A stretch of DNA of 64,000 nucleotides from NCBI GenBank assembly GCA_001643675.2, contig LSRY02000032.1, positions 496,001-560,000 on the forward strand. The letters run 5' to 3'. Positions 13,901 through 27,468 of this stretch are shown piece by piece. Both the position numbers and the translations under genes were made by a program. A model generated the notes under the pieces. The model had not been told where the DNA came from. It did not search any database and worked only from the letters and a program-made list of their open reading frames with translations. Every line of letters begins with the position of its first letter. Within the stretch, counting starts at the first letter, position 1. This DNA comes from Monocercomonoides exilis PA203 (lineage: Eukaryota > Protista > Preaxostyla).

Positions 13901-15005
13901 GCGGGCCACTAAAAGGAGAAGGGGAAGGCGAACGAGAATTGAATGAATTGGAAAACAGAATCTGGCCAGATGAATTAGACGAAGAGCTGGAAGAGACTCC
14001 GCCAATAAACATCATGTTCAGCAGAGGCTGCAGCTGTTGGTGGGCAGACATGCCAGACATTGCAGATCCTTGAAGCTTGTCTATAAGCACTTTGTACAAG
14101 TCCCCAACATTAGAAATGCTATGGAAGATGTACAAGAGAGAATAATTTTCTGTCATTCTGATGCGATTGCGATAAACATCTGGATGGAGATATGCTGCAC
14201 AACAGCCTTCATCGCAACCAAACACCCACAACGAATCCGATTCCACTGATCCAGATGAACGCGCTTCCTTATAGAATGAAAAAGCATCATCTGGAGATCC
14301 AATGAGCAAGCAAACATCACCTTTGGATTTTCTAATACGTCTATTCATTTTGTGATCAAGCTCGCTTCTTGATTCACCATTAATTGTATCAAGCGGAGTT
14401 GTTAATTGCTCGCATTGAGACAGAGGCTTTACCAAATAATCTCTAAATGAAGTTAAAATGTTTGTGGCCACATGGTAAAAAGCATTTCTCATTTCCCCTA
14501 TCATTCTGTCGTCATCATCGGGAATTAAAAAGATTGAATTATTGTTCAAATCACTGTTAATGCGAGGAGTAATAGATGGGTCATGAACAATGAATAAACA
14601 TGCTGTTACCAAATGACGAAATCGACTTTTCATATTCGCCAGGTATGAATAAAGCGAAATTGTAGGCGTGTCATCAACAAGATATGCAATTCCAATCAAC
14701 GCGTGTATTCGACGATGGAATTGAAAGTCACACCATTTCGATGCAGTGTCACTTGTAGTTGGAATGAAATGATAATATGTACTTCCATTCTCTTTCGGAA
14801 AATGCTGTAAAACGGGTGGTTGTGTTTTGAAAAGTTTGTTAGCACTTAAATCCTCATGGAAAATAGACGAAAAGTTTTGTAAAGTTTGCTGAATGCTGCT
14901 AAATTTTGATGCTGACATATTTCCAATTGGAGTTAAAGCAACATTTATGCACGAATAACGTGTAAACGACGCATTTACATCAATTGCTACCGATTGGTTC
15001 GTCAT
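7974..15005 (-). CDS. TRAPPC9: TRAPP II subunit TRAPPC9/Trs120 (exons 15005-13292, 13079-12460, 12212-7974)
   Basis: WCDFQFHRRIHALIGI, RIRKSKGDVCLLIG..DA..Y..A.....DSLW..G..EG, LGLKRKSAFY, GWQ, FLYSPI, WVADEPVQV.V..RNPL. Introns 13291-13080 and 12459-12213 give an in-frame join. Confidence 0.88.
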
Positions 15006-15073
15006 TTTTCACGTATTGAATCTTTTGAAAATATTCGGACTAAGGGTAGGATCAAACAATTATTCAATTTACG

Positions 15074-16183
15074 ATGATCAATCTCTTCTCGTTTTGCTTG
15101 CTGGCTTTTGCTACTGCGCAAGTATCCAGATCTCCAACTCACGTTTCTGTCTATGGAGGAAATTCCATTTTGATGAATCCAGCTAAAGATATGACAATGA
15201 ATGATCTTCACTTGTTTATAGCTAATCTAGCAGGAGACAAGTTGAATGGACGAAGAACATTTGGTCCTTTGTCATTGTCTGTTTTGAATACTCGTCGTTA
15301 TAAATTAGTTATTTTGTTGGATACTGATTTGAAAAATGATCCTTCGCATTTATCTGAAGCAATTAAAATTACCAGCACAAAAGATCTGTATATGCGTTTC
15401 CCAAAAACAATTATTGACAGAGCTTACACAATTGCAACAACACGTGTCACAAAGGAGAGACTCGCAGAATTGAGTCAATTAGTGAATGGAACACTCATTG
15501 ACCAAGGAATTGTTATTAATGGTGTAACTTTTTCAACGACAGACGTTGCAGAAGAACGCTTTTTGGACGATTTGCTTCGTATGTATGCTTTGAAGTCTCA
15601 ACTTTCTTCATTTGAAGAACAAAAGCCTTTGGGCGGTATAATGCAAATGACTCTCATTTCACCTTTTGATCTTGCTCCTGAAAAAATGGCTTTTGCGAGA
15701 AAACTTCTTTTTGATCTTGTTAAAGCTACAAGTGAAGATGCTTCACTCACTGAAAAGTGGCTTGTGAGTGTTATTCACACTGATTTCGTTGATTCAGCAA
15801 CATTCAATCCAGTTGCATATTCTCATGCACGCTTTGCAAAAATGGCTCCTTCAATGGAAATTGTAACATCGCGTTTTGGTGAAACTCTCGCATCTCAAAA
15901 GAAAATTGAAGCTATGCATCTTTCATCTTCATCAGAAGGAAATGGAGAGAAAGCGAAGCACACATTAGGAGAGAAAGAAAATCTTGCTCCAATTGGACTT
16001 CCAAGGAAAATTGAAGGAAATCCTCTGTTCCACTTCATGTTCTGGACCATTGTATTTATGATTGCTGTGCTGATCTGGGTGTCCATTGCAATGTGGAACA
16101 TGAAAACATATGAAGATCCACTTCTGATGTTCACTGAGTATGTTTTGGACCAAGATTCCTCAATTATGGAAGACGATTTGTAA
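15074..16183 (+). CDS. ATP6AP2: ATP6AP2/(pro)renin-receptor-like V-ATPase accessory type I membrane protein
   Basis: Signal peptide, ~370 aa, C-terminal TM FHFMFWTIVFMIAVLIWVSIAMWNMKTYEDPLL resembling ATP6AP2 (FN..LW......L.........WNMDPG.DSII). Luminal ERFLDDL resembles the conserved '.FL.EL' segment. Confidence 0.65.
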   Translation: MINLFSFCLLAFATAQVSRSPTHVSVYGGNSILMNPAKDMTMNDLHLFIANLAGDKLNGRRTFGPLSLSVLNTRRYKLVILLDTDLKNDPSHLSEAIKITSTKDLYMRFPKTIIDRAYTIATTRVTKERLAELSQLVNGTLIDQGIVINGVTFSTTDVAEERFLDDLLRMYALKSQLSSFEEQKPLGGIMQMTLISPFDLAPEKMAFARKLLFDLVKATSEDASLTEKWLVSVIHTDFVDSATFNPVAYSHARFAKMAPSMEIVTSRFGETLASQKKIEAMHLSSSSEGNGEKAKHTLGEKENLAPIGLPRKIEGNPLFHFMFWTIVFMIAVLIWVSIAMWNMKTYEDPLLMFTEYVLDQDSSIMEDDL

Positions 16184-16560
16184 TCTTTAAACAACTTTTT
16201 TTTTCTTTCACTTGTTTTGAAAACTGCACTTCTTTTCCTGAACGTTCGCTTCACCTTTTTCTTTTCTTGATCTTTTTCACTTCCTCTTTTGTACAAAAGA
16301 GACTCATTTAACTTATTCATCAATAATTGACTTTTTTTCAAAAATATGATTTTGCTTTTACACAATCAAAATACAAACCCAGTGAATAATTAGTAATTGT
16401 GTTATATTGGATAAATGTCTATTTAAATGATTGAATAAACAATATCAAATGTTCAACAACTGTTGCTATGCAACTGAAATGCAAAACATTTCCATGAACT
16501 TATCTGTAACACTTTCTTTCAATGGAAAAAAAGCAAGCAAATGAGGCTTTGCTTGAGCTC

Positions 16561-18906
16561 TTAATCCCTCTTCACCTCCTCAGGCAAATTTCCGTGGATA
16601 GCCAAATCTTCCTCTTCAACAATCACACAAGAAAGATTTGGGCGGAAGTCGTATTTCTTGTTATCAATAGACCAAATCAAATACAAGGCTTGCTTCTCCA
16701 CAGTAGCTGGTCCTGTTTTGACGTGCTGAATAAGAAGAGGACGGATTTCATTGGAAATAGTGTTGCGTGTGGCTTCACTTCCAATCACCCAAAGACGATG
16801 GAGAAGTGAAATGACAATGGAAATGCATGCATTGTCGGTGAAGCTAAAAACAAATAAGTATAATTTTTATTATTTAAATGAAATGAAAAAATAAAAACCA
16901 CTTCACATACAATGTCAGAACGCTTTTGATAATCGGCCAAAATTCTTCAGTCACAATGTACTTTTCATTGTCTGGATGTGTTGCTGCATCATTCAGCATG
17001 TGAGCAAAGATAGATGAGTTGGCATCTTTGTTCCCAACACACTTAACAGCGTCTCTGAGAATTGTCTGTGTCTTCTCTGGCTGAGGGCTGCAGGAATGAA
17101 GGAATGAAATCTGTCGCACAGCTGAGATGGCCAACTTGTTGAGATCAGTATTCCGCTTTCCAGTCGTTTCCTTCGCCTCTGCGATGGCTCGTGTGTAGAC
17201 TGCAAACAATCGATCGGTTGCACCGTAATGTTGTGCCAGTTCGAGCAATTTGCACTTCGTGACCACAACGCATGAGTCATACATGCTGCATGTAAGCTGA
17301 GAGAGCGCAGAAATCGCGTGCTGCGCCACATTCAAAATCGGAGAATCCAACATGATCAGAATTCCATCTGCAACATGCTTGTTCAGCAATGTTTGGATTA
17401 TTGGTTGATTTGTTCGGTGCTTGCTGTAGTTTCTCTGGACCATCACTTCGAGCGTGCCCAGGCACAAAACAGGGATGTTTGAAGCGCACAATGCATTGTC
17501 CGCTGAATATGGATGAGCTGCCAGCAGAACAGACACAATGTCAGATGGGATGGTTGACTCAGCAATAGTTGGAATGACCGAAAAAAATCGTCTCAAGAGA
17601 TGCTGAGTGACTGTAAGAGATAACTTGATGATTGAAATGACACTAGGAAGGACAATTGCTGTGCTGGAGGAGGAAGAGGCAGATGCTGAAGGTGTTGTCG
17701 AGGACGATGCAGAGCAACTGTGATCATTTGCATGTGAATCCAAAGTTGCTACTGCCAAATGCAGACTTTTAGCCAACAGAAGAACAAGATTGTGCTCGAA
17801 CAATTCGCACATACCGCAGTAGTCTATTTGAGGAAGTGTTTCGACGAGTGCTTGGAGTGCTGAGCAGATTGAGCTGCGGGAAGAGCTTGATGATTCCATT
17901 GTGTGAAGCGCCTTCATTGTGCGATCCATGAAGGATTGGGTGGAGACGGAATCCGTGAGCAGCACAGCCTCTGGCATCAACGACTTCACAACAGATGATG
18001 TGGGCTTCAGTGCTTCTTCGTCAGCAGATGACTGAGCAAGTGTGGGCGGATGTGTGAATGGGGGAAGAAGAGCTTCTGGAATTGTGAATTGCTGTTGATG
18101 TTGTGCTGGATCTTTGACGATGTTAAATAAAGTTGGAACGAAATATCTGTGAATGAGAGCTTGAATAAGGAAGCTAGCTTCTTCATCGACGCTATCAGAT
18201 AAATTGGCAAGGGCCTTTGCTAAAAGGCACCATTCGGCTGCAGACTCTTTCTTTGAACAAACAACTCTAACTATTCCAAGCAATCGCTTAAAAACTTCAG
18301 GAGTAGATTGAGCTGCGCACAATGCAAGTTCCATATTAGCAACGAACGAACTATTTTTCAAAAGTGAAGGAGTCAACTCCACTGATTTTACAAATTTTTC
18401 CAAGGTTGGAAGAACATGAGAAGATATCTTTGGATTTTGAATCATGCACAGAAGAGAATGAAGCATGTAGGCGTTGTCTTCTTCTTTTGGATCTTCGCAA
18501 GTTGCTGATTTAAGATCCAGCAACTTTTTCAGCGACAAAACTTTTCTCTAAAATAATAAAATTATAATTATAATAAAGCTATAAAAAGAAAATACCTTAA
18601 AGCTTGGATCTTCATCAACAAAGCAAATTTCCTCAAGAATCTGAGAAGCTCCTTTCTTTTGTAAAACTTGGATTGCAGCTTTATCTGCTCCGTATCAAAA
18701 AATGAAATAATGTTTCAATTATTCAAAATATTTGCAAAAAAACAAATTATCAAAACCTGCAATTACTTCGGTTATCAATTTAGTAAGGGCCTTGCTTTTT
18801 GTTTCAATTGATTGCTCATGCAATTCATTCAAAATTCCTTCTATTTTAGATTCCTTTAAAATTATTCATTAAAAGCTAACACATGATGATCCAAGTAACA
18901 AACCAT
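16561..18906 (-). CDS. multi-exon ARM/HEAT-like helical-repeat hypothetical protein
   Basis: Likely ATG at 18906 followed immediately by an intron. Small exons at ~18.6-18.85 kb, a large exon to 16911, in-frame intron 16910-16844 and TAA at 16561. Leu/Ala-rich helical pattern. Confidence 0.65.
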
Positions 18907-19046
18907 TTAAAATAATAATTACTTAAATTAACAATTGTGTGCTTATGAAAAATTACTTTTATAACCTTGAAATCAGCTTTTTATGATTCTGATCAAAGCC
19001 ATTACGTCATAAAATTGATCAAAATTAGTATTATTATTTATGTTTG

Positions 19047-22000
19047 ATGAGTGACTTTTTAAATATTCAGACAATATATCATCCTCCAGTCGTTTTGCCC
19101 GCATACATATCATGCCTGGAGCATTGTCTGATGTTTTTCGATTTTAGATCCGCAAGTACAGATGCATATCCTCAATTTCATCCGAAACTTGATGAAATGA
19201 TTGAAATTGCTTTTTCAGCTCCTCAAGTTTGTAATTGAATTTGACATTAGACGAATAATAAATGATATTTTTTTATATAGACAATTCGATTTATATCACT
19301 CACAGACCTTGAAAGCTTGCTTAATCTTGCGTGTAAGATGTCCAAACATGAAAATGTAAAAATTGCTTGCTTATCCGATCTTTATGTATCTTTATTGCTA
19401 AGGGCTGCTTTGGTTATTTCAAAAGATAAAAGTTTGATTATTTTATTGTGATTTATTTTTTACAACAATTTTTGACAATAAAGGAAACAGAAAGATTGAT
19501 CCCTGCGGCTTTATTCATCGAGCAAATAATATTGTTATTCAATTTCAGGGAACACCGATTTATGACAGATTAAGATTTATGATATTATCTGCAAATCTTC
19601 TCATTTGGATAAGGTATTTTTTTTTATCATTTGCTTTAAAAGGAGGAATCTGTATGTTGATTGATTTCATTTTGTAGAAAGGAAATGTGGCCCATGTCTA
19701 TTGGGTTTGCAGATGATCTTTTGCAGTTATTGAAAGGTGGGGCAGTTGACGAACTTTTTCCACCTTCAATGCATTTTGTAGTTGATGCAACAATACGACT
19801 TCAAAAAACATATTGTTTTTTTCGGATGAATCGTATGGAAGAATGTGCTGTTTTGTTAAATTCTTTGGCTTGTGATTTGAGTAATGCGTTGTGTTACCGT
19901 CCGTTTCCTTCTGTTGCTCCAGCCGAAAATGCAAAAGAAAAATCATCAATACCTTCAACAAAAACGCCTCGTTCATCACTCAATTCTAAAGCAGGACAAT
20001 CAAACAACCCCAATCCATCTGAATCTACGCAATCAAAAGCAGACAAGCCCTGCTTCATCAACTTCCGCAACGGCAGCATGACGCTAGTGCCTTCCTCACA
20101 CAGCGCTGTGCCTGTCTTTTCGTCGGCTGTTACTTCGCCTCGAAAGCTGAAGGACTGGAAAGGGATGGTTGGTATTGAGCTCCTCCCAATCACAACTTCG
20201 TCTTCCTTTTTGCAGCATCTTTTTGTCCCACCTGTTCTTTTTGACCCTTCTTTCTTTGGAGACAGCGCAATCGAAGCTGAATTGGACGGGCAGTCGGGTG
20301 CAAAGTCATCTCAGCAGAGCAGAACAGGCAGAGGCTTCCAATCAAGCAGAACAAACACAAACAGAACAGGTGGAAGTTTTGGCGCTAAGAAAACCAACAG
20401 ATTTGGCCGCAGGACAACAGCTGCCTCTTCTTCGCGAGTGGGCTCTCAATTCAGTTCTCAAACAGCGCGAACTGCCAATGGCATGAAGATTGCGAATCCT
20501 GCACTGAATGCGCAGTCGATTCTGGTGACGTTGGCTGAGAACTGGCACGGCCGTCCGTTTGTGCGGTACTATGTCGATCCTGCCTCGCCCTTCCATACGT
20601 CCCTTGTCTCTTCACACATCTCATTCGCCCCGGATGCGAAACTAGCCTCAGTCAACACAGCTGCTGGAGGCAATTCGTGGCTTTCAGGAACAGCCAATAA
20701 GCCTGCAATGCGCTCGTTGTCTGGTCCAGGATACAGCCAATCACGCTCCATTTCAGCTCCGCGCCAGAGGGCATCGATGTATTCGAATGGAAACTCGTCC
20801 AATTTTACGCCACGAGGCAGGCCAACAACAAGATCCAATTACACCAGCACTGGAAGTAGAAGAAGGAAAGAAGGGAACAAAAATGACGAGCAGTCGAATG
20901 TGCAGTCACAGTTGAACGAAAGAGCGCAGCTGCTGCAGAAGGAAGAGAACAGGAGGTATGCAGAGCTGTCGATGGGGAAGAAGATCCGGCAGGCGGCGAA
21001 GACGCGAGAGAAGATTGAGAGAGAGACAGTGCGCTCGATGCTGTCGCAGCTGATGCGCCGCACCATTCAGCACCGCCCAACCACACAGAAGTTTTCGAGG
21101 GCTCCGAAGAGAAGGCCCTCAAACGAGTTCTGCATTCACCCGTCGCTCAGATCCTCGCCGTATGCGAATCCCTTAGCACACTCAAGCACTTCGTGGCCAG
21201 TCAGACCACACCTCACATTTGCGAAGAAGAAGAAGAAGAAAGGGAATCGAACATCTTCATATTCTTCTTCTTCTTCTTCATATGGCAACAACAGAAGAAG
21301 AGGCAAAGAGGCGCAAAGTTCCACGCTGACCAACAGTGGGTGGTGGGGCAACGATGTCCGGCGGGCAGGGAACGGGAACATGAGCAAAGTGATGCCGAGC
21401 GGATGGCTGATCAACCGCGATGGGGCAGAAGAGTACGACAGATACGACGGAGACGAAGGCGAAGACAGGGCAGAGGGGAGGCTGGCGTGGTGGGAGGAGG
21501 ACGAGAGGGAAGGGGCAGACGATGGATGGGTGGATGATGGAGGAGAGGATCCAGATGGGTTCTTCATCAGAAGAGAGGAGAAGAAGGAAGCAGGGCAAGG
21601 GGCACAAAGCATGGGGGATAAGGAAAGAGGAAATGAAGATGGAGAGGAAGGACAAAATGGAGGCAAAGGAAGAGAAGGTGAAGAAAACAACACTCAACAA
21701 GTTACATCAACATCAACAGCAGCGGAAGGAGCAGAAGCGTCGAAGACTTCGACTGGATTTCCCTCGTTTGGCACAGCGCCTGACGGAGCAGACGATGATT
21801 GGGCGTGTTCCATTGCAGAAGATGAGAAGGCGCGGCAGCTGAGAATTGAGCTGGCAGAGGCAGCGGCTGTGGAAGCAGAGAGAAGAAGAGTGAAGAATGA
21901 AAGGAGAGCGGAAAGGAGAAGGAAAAGGATGCAGATGAGAAGAGAAGGAAGAGAAGGAGAAGGAGAAGGAGGAGGAGAAAGAATTGCTGACTTGAATGAA

Positions 22001-25000
22001 GTGACAGATGAAATGTCATCTGCAAATGACACCTCGTCTGACGAAGAGAGCGAAAGAGAGGTTGTTTCATTGGTTACTCCCGATGGCAATGAAGAGGGCG
22101 ATGGAAAAGAAAAAAACATCAGCAAAGAAAAGGGAAGAGAGAAAGACGACAAAACGAAGCAGACTGAAGAAGCATCTGAAAGAAGCATTTCTTCTCTTTC
22201 GACGAAATCAACCTATTCTTCTGCTTCTTCTTCTGCTTCTGTTTCATCTGCTCCAGCAGACAATGTGCAGCCAAATCCCTCTGCTGACCAGACAACCAGT
22301 GCTGCTGCAGAGAAAGAGAAGTTGAATGCTTTGTTGTCTTCTCGAATTGAATCGCTTTCGCAGCAGATTGCTTCATCATCATCTTCTTCTTCTTCTTCTT
22401 CTTCTATTGGAAGTGACGCCTTCGAAAGAAAAAGCTTGTCTTCCTTCCCTTCTTTCTCTCTCTCCAGTTCCACTCTGCCTTATCCTCCTTCGAATCATAC
22501 AGATCCTTCACTTCCTTCTTCTTCTTCTTCTTCTGCCACTTCAACCTCTCTCACTTCATCTTCATTCATTTCATTCACCACACAGCAACCTCACATCGCT
22601 TCTCAGTCTTCTTCTTCCCCCTCCTCCTCCTCCTCTTTTCCTTCCAATCCCATCAAAATCTCCCCAATCTCTTTCTCTTCCCCTTCTCATCCCTCTGATG
22701 ATGGCTGGATGCTTCCTCGAATGCGCTCTCTTCTGAAAGGAAAGACTGAAGAGTGGAAGGCGGTCTTTGGGGCAGAAGATCCACCTGAAGGCACACCTTC
22801 ATTCGATCATGTTACATACGACATTATGTGTGTCTATCTGTAAATGATTGCTTTGTTATTATTTTGTGATTTTTTTTTTTTATTTATTTATACTGTGCAC
22901 TGTATTCTCTTGTTTTCTCTGCTATTTTGTGTGTTATGCTTAAATCATCTAAAGCAGTTCTTGTTAGTTTTTTATGAATAACTTATCATATTTTGTGATT
23001 AATTATTATTCAAATTTTCTTTAATTTTCCACAATGTTTATTATTATTATTATTATTATAGTCGTCTTCTGATTGTCACCATGTACAACATGTACATCCT
23101 CCTCACTCTCCAAAAGAAAGACCTCGAAGCCAAAACTTTTATCCGAAGCCATCTTCTCCTCCTCAACAAGAAGCTTCCGTTTCCTCTTCCGTTCTACTCT
23201 TCCCTGCTTCTCCGGCTGGACAGAGCATTTCCGCAAGAAAGAAGGTCTTCTTCTTTGTCTCCCACGCGCCTTGCCAGTCGAAGCAGTGCTGATCAGACAA
23301 TGCCAGTTGTGCCTCCGCTTTCTCTGTATTGTCCTTTGTCTTCGTATTCCCAATCATCTTCATTAGCCCCTTTCTCAATGAATTATCCACATTCAACTGA
23401 TTCTTTGGAGAAGACAACTTTGCATCGGATGCCGCCAATTGCTGAGAAAGATATAAATTCTGAAAATGGCCTGTCGAATTCTTCAAGACATTCTTCTCCT
23501 CAAAGATTGACTGGTTGGACAAACAGCGATATTCACACAAAGAGTGAAGTGAAAGAAAGCAAACTTGGCAGAAATGAACAAGAAAGAGATTCAATTGCCA
23601 ATCCAGCTGATCTGCTGCCTCCTTCTTCAACAGCTGTGGTGGCGGGGTCTCCTCACGCATCGCCCAGACGAAAGTATCTCATGCACACATCAGACCAACA
23701 GAATAATTCGGCATCTTCTTCATCTTCTACTTCCTCTTCCTCCTCCTCTTCTTCTGATCAATCAGCAGCACATGAGCAGCCTTCATTGGGTTTGTGGATG
23801 TGTGGGTGGAATTACAACAAAGACGATGAACACGAAGGAAGCTCAACTTCACTTGATGCATCGCACAATCCTTCTTCTTCTTCTTCATTTTCTGCCTCAC
23901 TCTCAACTTCCATGTTTCATTCACCACTTGCACTCACATCTTCTTCCACTTCTTCTCACGTTTCATCTCCACTTCAGTCATCATCTGCCAATTCATCTTC
24001 AAATTCATCATCATCTTCTTTTTCTTCCTCTTCTTCCTCTTCCCTTTCCTCCTCCTTCTCCACCTCCACATCCACTTTTTCTCCTTCCTCTCATCACTTT
24101 GCGTCAGCTGATGTCTCTCTCCCCCATCACCACATCACCCATCCTCAGTCAGGCGAATCTCTTCCATCGTTCATTGTGATGTATGTGGACAATCTCCTTC
24201 ACGACGAATATCTTATCTTCCTCCGCGCAAAGGAGGAGAAGCGGCTGAGGGAAGAGGAGAAAGAGAAAGAGAGGCTGAGACTTCGGATGCAGGGTGCACG
24301 CGGCAGGAGAGGAAGAGACATGACAAGAAGGGTCATTGGGGTTTGCAGTGGTGGCAGCTTCAACAGCAGTGGAGGAGGTGGTGGTGGAGGAAAAGGAGGA
24401 GGAGGAAGTGCCAGAAGCGGTGCATACAGCAGAAGCGCCAGCACAAGCGACTGGAGAAGGCGAAGCTACGCGAAAGACAGAGGTACTTTTGTAAGTTCGT
24501 CTTCGTCTTCATCGTTTTCTTCTTCAAACGGAAACACATTTTATTCGGACAGGCGATGGAACAGCTCAGAAAGAGGGCAGATGATATCTCGTGGGCGGAT
24601 GGGGAGCGGGATGAATGAGTGGGACGAGAGAGAAGGAGAAGACGAAAGAGACACGTCGCTAGGAAGGCTGGTTCCGCGCCTGAATCTGAATGAGAACCAC
24701 GAAGAGGAAGAAGAAGGAGGATATGGAGAAGGAGAAGGAGGTGGTATGAGAAGCGAGGGAATGCAGCATCGGAACGGAGCAAACAAAAGAGAACAGAATT
24801 ACATGAATTCTTCTCGTTCACTTTTAGATTCATCGTCGCGCCGTTGGAATCAGTCGAACCAGATGGACACATCTCGCAGTGCAAAACTGCCTCGCCCTCG
24901 TCTTCCTTCATCCTCCTCCTCTTCTTCTTTGCTATCATCTTCTTCTTCTTCGTATCGGTCCTCCAGCCGCTTCCAAAGCGGCTCTGCTCTTTCTCCAAGA

Positions 25001-26176
25001 AGAGGCGCCCCGTCGCCTTCGAAGCAGCCTCCGTTTCTGTCGCGTGTTGCGTCGTCTCGAATGTCCACTGCTTCTATTTCATCTCCCTCTTCCCCATCGA
25101 CCCCTTCTTCGCCTGGCTCCCGCTCTCGCTCGCACTCTCGTTCCCTTTCTCGCACACCTTCTCTTTCTCCTGTGAGAGTCTCTTCTTCTCCTTCACAGAT
25201 TCGTTCGGCTGCTTTGGCTGCGTCTGGACAGCAGGTTCCTCGAACTGCAGATGGAAGAAGCAGACAGTCAAGTGAGCAGAAGCTGCCACACTATTCGATT
25301 GGAAATGAAGGAGAAGGAAGCGAACTGTTGGCAAAGCATGAAGGAGAAGAAGGAAGAGGAAGAATCAGCAGATGGGATGAGAACAGGGAAAAGTACAAGA
25401 ACGACCGGAATAGCAGACTTGCTTCAAGAAGTGATAGAAAAAGGACTTCTATTTTGTTCTCTTCTTCTTCTTCAACCTCTTCCTTGTATCCTCATTCGTC
25501 ATTTGCATCAGCACCAACGCAGACAAGTTCCTATCGAAGGGAAAATAACCGAACGAGTGGAAGGAAAGAAGACAGCTTTGTGCCGGATGCTGTGGAGGCC
25601 TTTTCGCAGCTGACGTGGAGAGAAAAGGAGTTTGAAAGCAGCATTCGACAGAAAAGCCGCGCAAACAAGCAGAATGAAAAGGGAGAAGTAAATGTGCACT
25701 TTGATGGAATGGAAGGAGAGAGTGTGAAGGAAACAGATGTTTCTTCTTCGGTGCAGTCATCTGCTATTGCATCAGGCAATGCTCAAAAAGATGGAATTCA
25801 TTCGAAACAGATAACCCTTCCTCCCCTTCATCCTTCGCAGTCAACAAGCTCATCAACTTCTTCTTCTTCTTCTTTCGCTCCACATGCACTGAAGCCAACA
25901 CATAAACAAGCCCCGTCTTCTGCTCCTCATCTTCAGCGCCCAATGCCCCAAAAGCACTCTGTTATGTCGAGACATCCAAGTACACCATCTATTTCTACTT
26001 CAACTCGCCATGTTTCTGTGGATATGCCTTTTTCGCACTCAGCAAGTAGACAAGTCACGTCCCGTCCGACTCCTCGTTCACGCCGCCGGTCAGCCTCTCC
26101 ATTTGTAGATCGTGCTGCTACTTCTGACAGCAGCAAAATGAGCCCTTTGGATGATTCAAAAAGCAAACACTTATAA
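19047..26176 (+). CDS. very large (~2200 aa) multi-exon low-complexity Ser/Arg/Glu-rich hypothetical protein
   Basis: Short 5' exons at 19047-19613. Introns 19614-19677 and 22840-23061 join the 1060-aa and 1031-aa ORFs in frame. Confidence 0.7.
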
Positions 26177-26786
26177 TATTCTTTTCAAAAAATTAATATT
26201 AAACTTATTTTTATTTTCCATTTTCTCACAAACTGAAAATCGCTTTCATTTTTTCAATTTATTTTATTTTATTAACTATGTTGAATTGTTATAAAAGTTA
26301 AATTTTTGTTTTGTTAAATTTGTTAAATTTCCTGTTTTTTTTTATTTAAAATCAGATTGTGTTTTTTAGGAAAGTATTCACATGCCTTTTATTTTAAATA
26401 TTTTTTTTTTAATTCAAAGAAATTTCACTATTGTTTTTGCACATTCTTCTTTCAAAGAACAAAAAAACTTGAAGCACTATCTAACATTCGATAAATTGAA
26501 GTAATTGAAAAATTAATTAAAATACAATCTCAAGTTTCTTTCTTCAGGGTCACAAACACAATTTAAATTTTCTTGATAAAGTTAAAAAATCATTCACATT
26601 TCAATCCAATATTTTTTTTTCTCATTAACGATTTAATTTTTTCTCAAATTACAATTTGTGTACGAATAATTTTGTAAATTCGTTGTTCACGTTGTAAACT
26701 TACATTTTTTGTTCTTAGATATAGTTTTTTCTCGTTCCAATTAAAATTTGTGAATTGAGACAAAGATACAAATTGTACAAAAAATA

Positions 26787-27114
26787 CTGGACAAGATCGA
26801 TTTTTCAATAAATGCGAGAGGAATAACACAGAAAATTTTTTTCAAAACACATCTCATCAATACAAACTCATTTGAAATACAAAACTTTCAAAATAGCTTC
26901 ATTTATTCTCGGAAAAAATTAATGATTTTAATGTCTTTGAAACTCAAAATCCAAATTCTCTGATTTTTTTTTTAAAAATAAATATTTTCTGCGGAAAAAT
27001 GAAGCCATTTTGAAAGTAATGTATTTCAAATGAGTTTGTATTGATGAGATGTGTTTTGAAGAAAATTGTCAGAATCATTCATTTTGCTGTTATTGTGAAA
27101 TCGATCTTGTCCAG
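26787..27114. repeat. imperfect inverted repeat (MITE/foldback-like relic), ~118-bp arms at 26787-26904 and 26997-27114
   Basis: ttcaaaacacatctcatcaatacaaactcatttgaaatac (26841-26880) is the exact reverse complement of 27021-27060. ctggacaagatcgattt pairs with aaatcgatcttgtccag. Confidence 0.75.
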
Positions 27115-27468
27115 CACTATTTTTCACAATATGTTGGTGAAACTATTGAACACAATGTTTTTTTTTCCAAAGGACTTGAAGATCAAATTTCGCACCACTT
27201 GTTTTTCGTATTTGGTTGACTTCTTATTTAAAGAAAATTGAATAAATGAAAATACAGAATTTCAAGCTTTGTTTGCACAAAGCACAAATATTCTGTTTCA
27301 CTCATGACATTATATCGCTTTCTCAGTTTTTGAAATAATTTTGATTATCATATCTGCATATAGCAATCATTGAAATCAAAACATAAAGTGTTGTGACATT
27401 TCACGAATGTCAAAAAATGGACCAATTTTTATTGTGTTTTTTGATCTCAAAAAGAAAAAGAAAAGTGC

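Noticed and set aside
1015-26166. Many overlapping poly-Lys/Glu/Leu/Phe ORFs antisense or off-frame to the main genes
   Set aside because: They are shadows of TCT/TCA/GAA trinucleotide tracts that lack stop codons.
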